A stretch of 64,000 nt of DNA, taken from the NCBI GenBank assembly GCA_964035545.1, contig OZ037770.1:8066973-8130972 (forward strand), read 5' to 3'. Positions 11,085 through 62,600 of the stretch are shown here, in pieces; the stretch's first letter is position 1, and every line of letters starts with the position of its first letter. Origin of the DNA: Bugula neritina. Lineage: Eukaryota; Animalia; Bryozoa. A program made the position numbers and the translations under genes. The notes under the pieces are model-generated. The model was given only the letters and a program-made list of their open reading frames with translations, made no database searches and was not told the origin of the DNA.

Positions 11085-14000
11085 ATGACGTTTGTTGCCA
11101 AAGCCAAATGGGGGCTCCTTTTTGTTGTATGGTAAGACTAACTACCTAATCACTAAATTATGTCGGTATTGCTCTTGATATACATAAGTTAATGTTTAAG
11201 TCCTAAAGCTAAAAAGACCTATTACTTTAAAACAGAATTTTCCTGTTTGCTCATAAACAGCTCCAGAACTTTGATTAACATACAGTGTTTTTATTAGCCT
11301 AGTGTTTTAGAGATAAATTGCATAGTGCATTGGGTCAGGATAAAAAACTTCCCATATTAAAACATCTGCTCATCCATCAATATGTAGGGCTGTAGGCGGT
11401 TGTAAAATTGTATTCAATTGGTCATCTACCAAAATTGAATGCTGTGAATTATTTTAATGCAAAAAGTCACATTCATAATACTTTCCAATTATTTTTAATC
11501 CGATATTATTGTTCGTTATTGTGGCATGTGCATGTTGCAGAGTAATTACATAGTTTAGTTCTGATCAAACATTAAAAGTTCAAATAGTAAGCAATAAGAT
11601 AGTGAATAGAATAAGGATATTACTTTCCTTTCCTCAGCACAATGATGTATGGCTGTTATGGACCTCTGCTATTACTTAGTCAAGTGGATGGTAAGCTTCA
11701 ATACGATCCCTCACAAGTAGTCTGGCTTACAGAGTTAGTTAAGGTAGGTGTTTCTGTTTTCTTGTTTCTTCTCAAGAAATAGCAACTTATTGGCAAGTAA
11801 GGATTACTGTAATATCCATACAATGTGATCAGTTGTGTGTAGAGAGTATAATAGTCTAGAGAGTCTTGTAGTTAATGTCATTTACACAGTGTCGTGTTTC
11901 CTGCTTCCTCCTTACAAGTAAAAGACTAAATCTCAACGACTAGTTAGACTGTAACTTGCTGTTTTATTCTATTCAAGTTGTGACAGTAGGTTGTAGTTGT
12001 GTTCATCTTATAACTTCAGCACATGTAGAGCTTACATTTTGACTGAAAATTCGTGTTTATGATTTGCCTTTGAGATGTAATGGTTAGAGTACTGGCATAC
12101 TAAGCGCACGGTCGAGTTTGTACACCGGTTGTAAAATTAAAACAAAAACAAGCAGTCATAATTTCTCCTATGCCACGTATATAAGTAAGTCCTTAGCCCA
12201 CTTTAAAAAAGCCCTTTTCATCAGGGTTTTTCACAGGAATAGTGACTATAAATCTTGGTCAGTTTTTTTTAAGGGGCAAGCACTGACTTTAGCAGTGAAA
12301 AAGTTAAAACCTACCTTCTTCCAGGTAAAACCACAACTTAAGTCATGAGCAAGTGCCACACTGTAGTTAAAGTAGCAATTAATATAATATGTTGAAGATT
12401 AATTGCATTTGACACTAGCACTGCTATACTTATCCTATTTTATCAACCAATAGTGTCTATGATCATTGGGACACATGTGAATTATAAAACCTAGTTTGAT
12501 ATCCTTTATAGCTGATAGTGTCTATCACCTTCCTGAGTAACCAGTCTATACTCAAACGGTTCTCATTCAGGGAAGCTCTACCTTACTTTGTACCTGCCTT
12601 GTGCTACTTTGTTAACGCCAACATTTGTCCCCGTCTCATGGATCACCTTGACCCTGCCACCTTCTCGGTGAGTTGTCAGCCCTTCGTTACAACCCCTAAC
12701 CTTCACAATGCTGGTGAATCTACTAGGTGCAGCTTAGGTATGCACCAGGGCCTAGGCGAAGCATGAACACACCAGGTGAAACATAGATATACTAGGTGAA
12801 ACATAGATATACTAGGTTAACCATAGATATACTTATAGGTTAAACATAAATATACCAGGTGAAACATAGATATATTATGTTAAACATAGATATACTAGGT
12901 TAAACATAGATATACTAGGTTAAACATAGATATACTAGGTTAAAAATAGATATACTAGGTTAAACATAGATATACTAGGTTAAACATAGACATACTAGGT
13001 TAAACATAGATATACTAGGTTAAACATAGATATACCAGGTGAAACATAGATATATTAGGTTAAACATAGATATACTATGTTAAACATAGATATACTAGGT
13101 TAAACATAGATATATTAAGTTAAACATAGATATACTAGGTTAAACATAGATATACCAGGTGAAACATAGATATATTAGGTTAAACATAGATATACTAGGT
13201 TAAACATAGATATACTAGGTTAAACATAGATATATTAGGTTAAACATAGATATACTAGGTTAACCATAGATTTACTAGGTTAAACATTAAACACTGGGTG
13301 AAAAGCAGCTCTACTAGATGAAGCATTATTACAATCATTGAATTTTAAATTACATACAGCCTGTGTATTCCAACATCTTCTCCTATTAACATTATGTAAT
13401 TTTTTATTATCACAGGCACTATCTAACATCAAAGTTGTCATTACCACCTTACTTTACATAATCATCATGAAAAGGTAACTCCAAAGTATTTTGTGTTGCA
13501 AATAAAATCTGCTCTAAATGCTGCTAAACAATCCCTGACACACTTCACTTGTGCAGTTGTAAAATATTCCTATATATGTTAGTCTTCATCTACAGACTGT
13601 TTTAGGGTTGTATGCCTAAACAATTTTGTTTTATAATAAATTTCGTGTACATATTATGGGCTGAGGTGACTTGTGCTTTCTGATTGGCTTTACTAGTACT
13701 AAAAACTTATACTAATTAGAGCTAACTTCCATTGCATGCTATTTTTAGCTGCTGCAATGTACAGCCTAATTACTGAACTGGCTTGAAAGTTTAAACTTCG
13801 AACTTGAAAGCCATCAGAAATCCCAAATCAATTCAGCAAATATGCACACAAAGTTAAATCTTACAACAGTATGTAGATGTCAGCTAATATATGTAAGAAT
13901 ATTTCAATACTGCGCAAGTGAAGTTTGTCGGGGATTCTTTAAAGATGTATTCACTATATTGTATTGGATTTCTGGTAATGTTTTCAGTGACTTGAAAAGC

Positions 14001-15763
14001 TGGGCTGGAAAATGTTTTGTTTTTTGTCATTTGTATTTTAGATATCCAAGTAGCTTGCAGATAACAGCTTTAGCTATACTTACAGCTGCCAGCGCTATAC
14101 ACAGGTAAGCTGCTATTGGCTGATAGTTTAATAGATTTGTTACTATTGGCTAGTTTATAATTTCACACCTCAAAGTAAAAGGTTTTGCTAACAATGGAAA
14201 CCCCACAGCTGCTAGATATAGATGCTTGTAGAGAATGGCAATAACTAGTCCATAACTTGTGCATCACATGTATGTAGTTTTAGAACCCTTTTGTGGCTTA
14301 TGTGTATAGAGACAAAAATGGCGGTATTTAATGGATCAAAGAGTTAAATTTAGTATTCTAATATTTCACGCATCACGGTTTTGGGATCTACAGCTTTGTG
14401 AGATATGGAGGGAGCACTGTATAGCTTAGTGAGATATGGAGGGAGCACTGTATAGCTTAGTGAGATATAGAGGGAGTACTGTATAGCTTAGTGAGATATG
14501 GAGGGAGCACTGTATAGCTTAGTGAGATATGGAGGGAGCACTGTATAGCATAGTGAGATATGGAGGGTGCACTGTATAGCTTAGTGAGATATGGAGGGAG
14601 CACTGTGGAGCTTAGTGAGATACGGAGGGAGCACCGTATAGCTTAGTGAGATATGGAGGGAGCACCGTATAGCTTAGTGAGATATGGAGGGAGCACTGTA
14701 TAGCTCAGTGAAATATGGAGGGAGCACTGTATAACTTAGTGAGATATGGAGGGAGCACTGTGTAGCTTAGTGAGATATGGAGGGAGCATCATATAGCTTA
14801 GTGAGATATGGAGGGAGCACTGTATAGCTTAGTGAGATATGGAGGGAGCACTGTGGAGCTTAGTGAGATACGGAGGGAGCACCGTATAGCATAGTGAGAT
14901 ATGGAGGGAGCACTGTATAGCTTAGTGAGTTATGGAGGGAGCACTGTGGAGCTTAGTGAGATACGGAGGGAGCACCGTATAGCTTAGTGAGATACGGAGG
15001 GAGCACCGTATAGCTTAGTGAGATATGGAGGGAGCACCGTATAGCTTAGTGAGATACAGAGGGAGCACTGTGTAGCTTAGTGAGATATGGAGGGAGCATT
15101 GTATAGCTTAGTGAGATATGGAGGGAGCACTGTATAGCTCAGTGAGATATGGAGGGAGCACTGTATAGCTTAGTGAGATATGGAGGGAGCACTGTATAGC
15201 TTAGTGAGATATAGAGGGAGCACTGTATAGCTTAGTGAGATATAGAGGGAGCACTGTATAGCATAGTGAGATATGGAGGGAGCACTGTATAGCTTAGTGA
15301 GATACAGAGGGAGCACTGTGTAGCTTAGTGAGATATGGAGGGAGAACTGTATAGCTTAGTGAGATATGGAGGGAGCACTGTATAGCTTAGTGGGATATGG
15401 AGAGAGCACTGTATAGCTTAGTGAGATATGGAGGGAGCACTGTAATACATGTTAGTTTTCGGATTTTAAAATATGATACTTACATTACGTATTCGCTATT
15501 CCATATTCCACTGTTACCTACACAATTTTTTCACTGTTATCAACTCCACTGTTGCAGTTATGGACTATCAGTGACAGGAGGGAAGGCTGATGTGTCCTAT
15601 CATAAAGGGGAACCAATGGAGATGAGGGCCTCAGTCTATGGGGTTGTCTTACTGTTGTGTGGTGTGTCCTTGACCAGCTTTGCCAGTGTTTATACCGAGT
15701 ACATCATGAAACGAGGCTACGCAGTGGGTAGATATACTGTTACTAGTACTAGTACTACTACTG

Positions 15764-15825
<62 letters not shown>

Positions 15826-16458
15826 ACTACTACTACTATACTACTACTACTGCTACTACTGCTACTACTACTACTGTTACTACTGCTACTACTGCTACTA
15901 GTACTAGTACTGCTACTGCTACTAGTACTAGTACTGCTACTAGTACTACTACTGCTACTAATACTGCTACTTTTAGTTGTCTCATTCATGTTACATCTAT
16001 TTCAGGTATCTCTACACAAACAGAGCATGTACCTCTACTCTTCAGGTGTTTCATTTAACACCCTCGCAGTTCTGTGGAAGATGCAAGATGGCCGTCAATC
16101 TATAAACTCAACCAACAGTTTCTCTATTTTCCAGGGTTTCAACATCTACTCTTGGACTATAGTATTTACCACTGTGAGTTTATTCTCTCTGATAGTCTTT
16201 AAAGCAGTATCTGCCAGTTCATGTACTTATAAATGTGACACACAATGTAATGCTGTGTTTCAGGCCCTGCAAGGATTCTGTGTATCAGTTATAATGAAAC
16301 ACAGCAGCAATATAACCAAACTAGTGCTGACTTGTGTCTCCATCATGGTCAGTACTCTGATGTCGATGGCTCTGTTTGACCTTCAGATAACCGTGTACTT
16401 TGTCATCTCTCTGTCCTTCATTTTGATTGGATTGCCTCTCTATATGCTAGGATCTTAG
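11085..16458 (+). CDS. SLC35A4: Nucleotide-sugar transporter, SLC35A family (SLC35A4-like), about 319 aa, 8 coding exons
   Basis: Exons 11085-11131, 11638-11743, 12512-12667, 13416-13474, 14042-14104, 15558-15723, 16006-16173, 16264-16458; all GT-AG, phases consistent, total 960 nt. Product KWGLLFVVCTMMYGCYGPLLLLSQVDGK..WLTELVKL..DPATFSALSNIK..ASVYTEYIMK..SVIMKHSSNITK resembles human SLC35A4 as recalled. Confidence 0.88.
12770..13290. repeat. Minisatellite, 20-bp unit (ACTAGGTTAAACATAGATAT), about 26 copies
   Basis: Direct tandem array in SLC35A4-like intron 3. Confidence 0.95.
14390..15444. repeat. Minisatellite, 31-bp unit (TATAGCTTAGTGAGATATGGAGGGAGCACTG), about 34 copies
   Basis: Direct tandem array in SLC35A4-like intron 5, no spacers. 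Confidence 0.95.
15737..15970. repeat. Compound (ACT)n/(GCT)n microsatellite
   Basis: Trinucleotide array filling intron 6. Confidence 0.93.
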
Positions 16459-17424
16459 GATGTTGGCAAAGTGCTTGTCAGGTACTTTTCAAGTGCTTGT
16501 CACATGTTCAACAGTTACTCTCTGTGGTATCTGTTGCTATATGATGTAATACAGCCGGCTTGGTGTGAGGCTATGAATAGATTGTCGGGAGTCTAATCAC
16601 ACGCCTAGGAAAATTTACTCTACCAACTTACATGCTCTTACATGCACTTACAGCTCCTAAGACTTGAGAAATGTTTTTGAAAGTTTTTTTTTGTATAAAT
16701 ATTATAACAAATGTAACGAGTTCTTTTTATACATTTTCTGTCTTCCATTCTGTTTATATTAGACACTCAGCACTAATTTGCTTCTTTAGTGCTGTACAAC
16801 TTTTATACACAATTACTTTGTAAACTTGTTTTATGTTTTGGTGCTAACAAACCAGCTTTTTAGCTGTCAGTTTCCATGTGTAATTAAAAATAAGTTTTAT
16901 TTGTTGTCCTGTATATTGTGCGTTTATTTATAGAATAATTGTTGAATTTGAATAAACAATGAAATGCTGTACTGTAAAATATGATTTAGCTAAGACTATG
17001 TAAGTCCCACAACCGATAGTGTCATATTGGTTGCTTCTACGGGCTGTTATATAAAAAATTTCGTACAATGCATATTTTTGCTGGCAATCAAATTATATCT
17101 ACTGCTGGTACTCAACTTTGTATGTTGGAGTTATCTCTAATAGCTACTCTGAAACAAGCTGCCATTACAATATTCGCTATAGCATCAGCACTACTGTTAG
17201 TAAGACAAACAGATGCTCCAACATGTGTACCAACATGCTTAACAGAGTCAACAGATGTGATTGGTTGAATATACGGAGTTGCATACAGTTTTATTCGCCC
17301 TTTTTAATACTTGCAGGACTACAGCATTACTATTGCTGTTGTATTTGGGAGTTACCTTGTCACAGTTATGACCCTGCTTTACGTTGCTTTGTTTGAATGC
17401 TACTCATTAATAAAAATTTTCCCC

Positions 17425-18021
17425 TAGGTACACTTTGCCGTATCATAGGCCATAACGTAAAATGTCAGCCTATTTTACAAATTTCCGAGCTTCCAGTACG
17501 GCATTGCAGTATGTCAGATCAAGCACTGCTTGATTCAAACAACTTGCGGCAGGCTCCTATTGAACAGGAAGACATTCACGTCAATTCATTAGATATAACT
17601 GTCCAATGAGGTGCTATAGATCGTACCCAATAGCAGACTTTGAGAACTTTAGCTCGGACATATTAATATCTGACATTTTACGTTAAGGCGCACGATAAGA
17701 CAAATACCCGTCATTCGCACTTTGCTGCACCGTATGCCGTACCATAAAATACCAGCCAGTTTTACAAATGTCTGAGATTCCTGTACGGTGCTACGGTACG
17801 CTAAGATCAAGCATTGCTTGATTCAAATAAGTTGCTGTGGGCTCCTATTCGACAGAAAAACTTCTGAGTTAACTAATTGGATATAACTGTCCAATGAAGT
17901 GTCATAAATTGTACCTAATAGCAGACTTTGAACACTTCAATCCGGGCACATTAAAATGGCTGGTATTTTATGTTACGGCGTACGATATGGCAAAAATGTG
18001 AATGACGGGTTAGTGTGCCTA
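17425..18021. mobile_element. Two related MITEs, one (17706-18010) nested in the right TIR of the other
   Basis: Outer TIR TAGGTACACTTTGCC.. / ..GACAAA[insert]GTGTGCCTA; inner TIR ACCCGTCATTC..ATAAAATACCAGCCA / TGGCTGGTATTTTAT..GAATGACGGGT; internal sequences similar to each other. Confidence 0.7.
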
Positions 18022-18814
18022 GGTGGTAAGCTAAAAATACCTATGATATGTGTGTATGGTGTGGATCATTTTACAAGAGTAATTTGCCATTTGCTTCATT
18101 TTCTAATATATATTTGGTCAGAAATAACACGTTCTATAAAAGCAAGTACAATTACACCTTTGCTGTAATAGGATAGATCACTGAAGCCACATAAACACTT
18201 AATACTATTTGTTACGAACTGTAAAACTCTAAGCACACTACACTTAATAAACCTTGCCTCAATGATGTTCTTCAGAATTAGAAGTTGAATTTTAATAGCA
18301 CATCGTTTACTAGATACTATGTGTTAAAATCTATTAGACAATTGAGACCAGTTTTGATTGTACTGTGCTTTGACTTTAGAAATAACATATAAAATATTTC
18401 GGACTCACAAAAGCTAGCAATAATCAAAGTAATTAAATATCTATTAACAGATAATATGCGAAATAGAAAGGTACTTAATACTGGAACTTTTCCCATGAGC
18501 TGTTGAAAGTGGCCTAACAGTATAAAAAAATTGAAAGAAAAGTATAAAACACTCAGTAGAAGTAGACTATAGATGGCTGTAAAAAATGTTATGTTGATTA
18601 ATTTTTACGTCTTGAACCTTTTCTCTGTTCATTTCTTCTTAAAATTTATTTGCCCTACAAGAAAGGTGACTAAGTTATGGAATACAGTGAGACACGAGAG
18701 AAAAATGGCGCTAAATGACTACCTAGAACACGTCACATAAACAGATCAGCCTTTTATCTTAAACCAGCAACGATTTAAAATATTGACACGCGTTAAGTTA
18801 GTACTGAAGGACAC

Positions 18815-56384
<37,570 letters not shown>

Positions 56385-56640
56385 CTGTAAATAGAAAAAC
56401 TAACTGCTCCAGCATACAGTTTGTAGAGAAAATTGTACATTACTTTTTTTCAAAACTAAAATATTATATTTTATTAAAGGATTTTCTTTTTATATTTTTT
56501 TTAGTATATTTCTAACCAATTGAGTAACTTCTTTAGTTTGCCAAATCATTAGTCATTTTTATAATTTTTTCTCATCAAATCTGAAATCATTTTATTCGAA
56601 AGTGACGTCACTCTTAAATAAATCAAAGTTGATTTCCTTT

Positions 56641-59600
56641 TGTTGTGATTTTCAAAATTAGGGTCGATATGCAATCCAGAGAGTCTAATTACTTGCTAGA
56701 GAACTTCACCAGGATAAGTCGAGTGAACGAGTATATATTTTAAACACAAGAACACATTACAAAAACGATACAAATACATTTAATAATTCACACATCTAGA
56801 CTATCCAACACTCTAACTTCGACTGACTAACAGCGCGAAAACTATTACTGCTACTAACTATCAAAGCCGCTAATTGGCTGTCATTGTTCCGGGTCAATTA
56901 CGCGACCCTGCGTATCGTGCTGCTGGTAGCTCCACGAGCCACCACACCGCCCCTACCAGCAGAAAGCCCTCTTTCTGATATAAAAAAAAATATTTCGTCA
57001 TTACCCACGTACATCAGTAGACCAAAAGAAAAGACATAATATATATAAAGATATACAATAACAGACAGAGTCATTATAACAGCAGGTTACATACAATTGG
57101 CCAGCTATAGAGAAGGAATACCGACTAGTTGTAGTATTGGACAAGGAATCGAGCTGTCGAGCAGTCAAGCATTTACACGATAGTCTTGGGTCTCTCAAGA
57201 GGACGAGGCTTGTGGATCATTCCGGGCAACAGAACCAGAGTCAGTGTTTGGCACGCCGATGTTTGGCCTGGCATGTACGTAACTTCCTTTTAATCCGGCC
57301 AACCGAGCCTTTTAGCTGAAAGAGTCCAGTCGTGGTATTAAGCAGGTCCGGTGCTAACTGAGTAAACTCAGCCTGCAGTCGGAGGAGGCGTTCCTCCACT
57401 GTGGCCAGGCGAGCAGGGTCTGGGGACGGTGTCCGTCTGCGACGAAGAGGGGGACTTGGAGACCGGGTTCACCTTTTCGTCGGGGTAGAAGAGACCTCTC
57501 CTTCTTCGGGATAGGAAAACTCTTCGGGGGTGTACACAATCTGAGGGCGGTCGGATACCAATGGAGATTGCTGCCTGGCGCAGTCTAGTACGCGTTGGTA
57601 GCCCGAGGTCAGGACGGCCAACAACATCGCCTTCTTTACTAGGGGTCGTATCAGAGTTAAGAATTCTGGATAGAGTTTGGCATCCACCACGGAATTCTCT
57701 CCAGAGAAACAGCCCGTCGCCTGATGTCTGGTAACGGGGTAGGGGTAGACGTCGTTATATCCACAGGGGCAGAATGTGAGTAATAGGTGGGCATTGACAT
57801 GCAGCTTCAAGGAGCGGTGAGAGGCGCACTCCTCGTCACAAATCTGGCACCGCGTCCTTCCTTTGGGTCCCCAGGCTGTTTCTATCTGTTCCTCTGTTTC
57901 TGGCGACACCCACTGCCAACGGCGGCACAGCGGCTCGGGCCGGTCACCATTGGTATACTCCTCATGCTGCGGAGCGGGAAGTGCTCTATCCCGTACCCTG
58001 GTTGTAACGGGTCGAGTGTAACCTGAAAGAGTTTCAACAGTGTTAGAATAATACACTGCAGTGTTGTCAGCTTTGAACAGCCTGGCAACTTCTCGTTCAG
58101 TTACCTCGTAGATATGTATGGTAGTGAATAGTCAGATAGAACACGTATTGCAATGAGATTATGCAATCTCTAAGTCAACTGAGTTCTTACCACGGTAGTT
58201 CACTAGCCTATCTCCAGCTCATTCGACTCAGTGAGTCGGAGCTGAGTGATGCAATCTAGTTTCTATATCAAGATATAGTTAACTCACCCCACGATCTGTT
58301 GTCGTAAGACATACTGAATTTGTGAAATGGTTTGGACTACTGATTAGGAACACGTCTACTCTTGACTGCATCAGCGTATGAAAAGATCGAGCAACGTGGT
58401 TGAGGTGCGTGATTAAGACTTTGTGCACCCGGCAGATGAATTTTGTTTCTACTTCCGCCGATACAAAAGTTGATATTTCCGTGGTGTTGACAACTCCCAC
58501 ATTTCCTCGATATTTTTGCCGTACGGTTTTCCCCCAGACTTTCATACGCGCCGCTTTTAATGCAGTCACATACGAAGTCCTTCAAGTATGCGGGGGGTTG
58601 CCTCGTACGTTGTCCCCTCTCTAGGGGAGGTGATGCACTCGTCGGTGTGTTAGTAGGGGCCTCTGGTGGCGTCTCTACTTCACCGTTAGTGGTCACTTTT
58701 TCTTGTTTTCCGGATGGAGCCCCTCCCTTCGTGGGGGTTTGCACTTCCGGAACCGGCTGGGTTTCTGGAAGTGATGGAATCAGATTTGGCGGTGGCGGAC
58801 GCGCTTCTGTTGGCAAAAGCTGTCGCTCATCTCTCGCCAAGTCTTCCTCCCGCGGTATGACCACTTCATATTCAGGTCCCTGTCGCCGTCGCCCACGCGT
58901 TGTTGTCTGTCTTCTACGCTCCAACAACGGGGGGGGGGGGGGCTTCTCCCACTGCGTCAGGGCTAGCCCAATACGGCTTCAAGCTAGACTCATTCTGAAT
59001 AGACACCTGTCCTGAGCGCTCGATCTTGTATGTATGATTAGGCATAGCCTCGACGATCACGTAAGGGTTCCGCGAACTTAGGCTGTAGCTTAGCCGCCTG
59101 TCCGCGACGCCTACGATAATTGATCATCTACACCTTTTCTCCCGTTTGGTAGAGGGGTGGTTCCTCGGAATCTTCGTGTCGCACCTTCCACTGCTGTTCG
59201 CGTAGTATATCGTGTGCGGCCTTCATCCGTTCCACTAGTTCACTGGCATACTCGTGAATCGAGTTGTCTAGCTCTGGAACGTGGTAGGTGAGATGGTCAG
59301 GAACCCGGGTCTCTCTCCCGAGCATCAAGAGGTTTGGGGTCTCACCAGTACTGGTGTGTGGGGTGCTACGGTATGCACGCATGACTTGCGGCAATACCGT
59401 GTCCCATTCCTCTTGGCTGCGTCCGAGGAGAAGACTCCGGAGCGCATCACCTAGCATTCGGTTGTTGCGCTCAACCACTCCGTTACCTTGAGGATGGTAG
59501 GGAGTGGTCCTGCTCTGATTTACTTTCTAGAGGCGGCAAAGGTTGCTCATCAGTTGAGACTGGAACTGAGCGCCTTGATCAGAGTGTATCTGTTCGGGGA

Positions 59601-62600
59601 GCCCGAAATAACAGAATACATGTTGGTTTAGCGCCCTGGCCACTGTTGGGGCTGACGCATCTGGGATAGCCAGAGCATCTGCCCACCTAGTAAAGTGGTC
59701 GGTCAATACTAAGATCCAACTATTGCCTCTGGGGGTCAGGGGCATGGGTCCGACCAGGTCAACAGCTACCACTTGCCACGGCCTGCCAGCATATAGCCTC
59801 CGCCATCCGGCTTCACCAGGGAGACGGCCATGGCAGATTTCGCACTGCTTTACTCTGAGCCGGACATCCCGCCCCATTTTAGACCAATACCACCGGAGTT
59901 GCAATTTAGAGATCACTCTCTTGACCCCTGCATGGGCCTGTTTGTGAGTGTTCCAGATTAACTCACGGCGTATGGCACTGGGGCAGACCACCCTCTTCCT
60001 CTCCAGGTGTCTGCCGTTAGCAGCTAGAAAAATGGTCAATAGACCATCCTGCCCGATCCTCAGCAAGTCCCAACGCTGGCAGAGTAGCCGGAACTCGGCG
60101 CATCCCTGCAGTATGCGTTCCTCGCTGGGTCGTCGCTCGTCCCTTTTTACCCGATATATGTCTGCCACTACCCCAGGCAACTCCTCTTGGAGCTTCTTCA
60201 GCTCCTGGACATTATCCGCCAGTACGGGATTGGCGCGGAGAATTTGTACAAACTCCGAGGACTCGTCAACCTCCTGCCTGAGATGACCCTAGTCCCAGTC
60301 AAACGGTGCTCCGTGGTGAGCCAATGTCTCCAACTCGCATCGCGGGGGACCTCCGCCCCTCCTCTCAATGTTGAGACACTGTTTGCAGCCCCCATCAGGT
60401 CGGCGGTTCAAACTATCCGCGTTGCTGTGTCTCTTACCCGGTCGATGTTCAATTCGGTACGAGAACTCATCTAGGATTTCGAGCCACCGGGCGACCTGAC
60501 TAGAGGGCTCTGCTCTCTTGCACAACCAGATTAGCGAGGCATGATCCGTACGCAGCCGGAATTTCCTGCCGTATAAGTATGGTCTGAAGTGCTTCACTGA
60601 CTTGATTACTGCCAGCAGCTCCTTGCGGGTAGTGCAGTAGTTTCGTTCAGTGGGTGAGAGAGACTTGTTGTAGTAGGCTACTACTACCTCTCGGTCTTCC
60701 TGCACATGAGACAGCACAGCGCCAACATTTTGGTCACTGGCGTCAGTGTTGAGGATGTACTCCAGAGTGGGGTCTGGGTAGGCCAAGATGGGCGCCATTA
60801 GCAGGCAACCGTTGAGGCGGTCGAACGCTCCTTGTTTGACCGGGGTCCACTGCCACGTCACTCCCTTTGCGGTGAGCCGGTTTAACGGCTGCGCTATGCC
60901 CGCAAAGTCTGGTATGTATTGCCTGTAATACCCTACTAGCCCCAAGAAACCCTGAAGTCCGGTCAAGTCTTGGGGGGTGACCCAGTCTTCTATCGCCCAT
61001 ACCTTTTCGGGATCCGTTGCAACGCCGTTTCGACCGACAACGTGCCCCAGGTACTTGACCTCCGACTGCAATAGAGCGCACTTGGAAGGCTTGAGCTTAA
61101 GACCGGCACCTCGGAGTCTCTCGAAGACCTCTTGCAGACGACTGACATGCGTCTCGAAGTCTGGAGAGATCACGATGACATCATCGAGGTAGATCAGCAG
61201 TATCTTCCAACGGAGCTCGCTGAGGACTTGCTCCATCAGCCTCTGGAAGGTGGCTGGGGCGGAGGTTAACCCGGAAGGCAACACCTTCCACTTCCACAAA
61301 CCGTCCCGTGTGATAAACGCCGCTTTCTCCTGGGCGTCGGGACCCAGAGGAACTTGCCAGTAGCCACTCGGCAAGTCCAACGTACTGAAGTACTTGCTGC
61401 CGGCTAGGGCATCCAATGACTCGTCAATGCGAGGTAGAGGGTAGGCGTCCTGTATGGTTACGCTATTGAGTTTGTGGTAATCCACACAGAATCGCCAACT
61501 GCCGTCTTTCTTCCAGACCAGTACGACCGGCGAGCTCCACGCACTATGGGCGGGCTCTATGAGATCTCGGTCCAGAAGGTCCCGGACTTGTCGGCTAACC
61601 TCCTTCTCTTTTTCTGACCCCAGCCTGCGTGTGGGTTGCCGAAAAAGGACCGTCCCTGCAGTCAGCGGTATTTCGTGTCTGACAACTCCAGTCAGCCCCA
61701 CGTCATGATCTCCGCTGCTGAACACATCACCGTAGTCGCGTAGCAACTTCACCATAGCTTGGCGTTCCTTGTTACTCGCGCAGCTGCCACAGGCTGTTTC
61801 ATATAACCCCGGAGATGTGCTGGGACTGTCCCTCGCCCTTGAGTAGGGCACCGAGGGGATGCCTCTGTCGCATCACCCAGCGACGGGCCTACGTCCTCTT
61901 CCTGAATGGAGTGAAAACGGCCCAGCATAGACCCAGCCAGAAGCCTGACAGACTTGGTAAAGGGGTTGACGCACTGCACTAAGATCTCATCTTGCTCAGT
62001 CAGCTGATTCAGACTGCTGTCAAGCTGAATCCTTTCGTGCGTGCCTTCAACTACCCCGAGTCCAGAGATCCGGCTATTGTTCACCCTGCAGTGACTGGTA
62101 GCCCGGGAGCGGCCTGGCATGGTACGGTTGCGTACCACTTGCACACCTCCCACTAAAGGGCGGCCGAACTTGTCGACGCAGACGAGCTCCCGCCCGGACA
62201 TCATCATTGCAGATTTACTAAAATCGATGTGACATCCGTGCCGTTTTAGAAATGGCATCCGGAGGATGGCGTCCTCCTTGAGCTGACTGACGATAAACGT
62301 CTCTTGGATCGTTTGATCACGGACTCGTCCCGTCAGCTCAATTATACCAAAGAAGGGAAGGCATGACCCGCCAGCTAGGGTGCCATACTCCCCCTCGTAT
62401 GGTTCCATCTCGCCCCTGACCCTAGTACTGAGGGTGTGGAAGAGTTGGCGGTTTAGGAGGTTCGTGGTACAGCCCGAATCAATGAGAAAAGTAACAGCTT
62501 CGCCTTCCAATTTACCGGGCAAGAAATAGCTGTTCCCATGGGGCTGCACCTGAACTCTCTCTTCAGGCCTTACTCTCGCAGGGAGTACCTCCCTTGCTTT

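Noticed and set aside
12770-15444. Regular 20- and 31-bp arrays resembling CRISPR
   Set aside because: Head-to-tail repeats with no unique spacers, no cas genes, located in eukaryotic introns.
15397-16458. 353-aa ORF with poly-Thr/poly-Leu tract
   Set aside because: Read-through of SLC35A4-like exons 6-8 across introns; the homopolymers come from an intronic microsatellite bounded by GT/AG sites.
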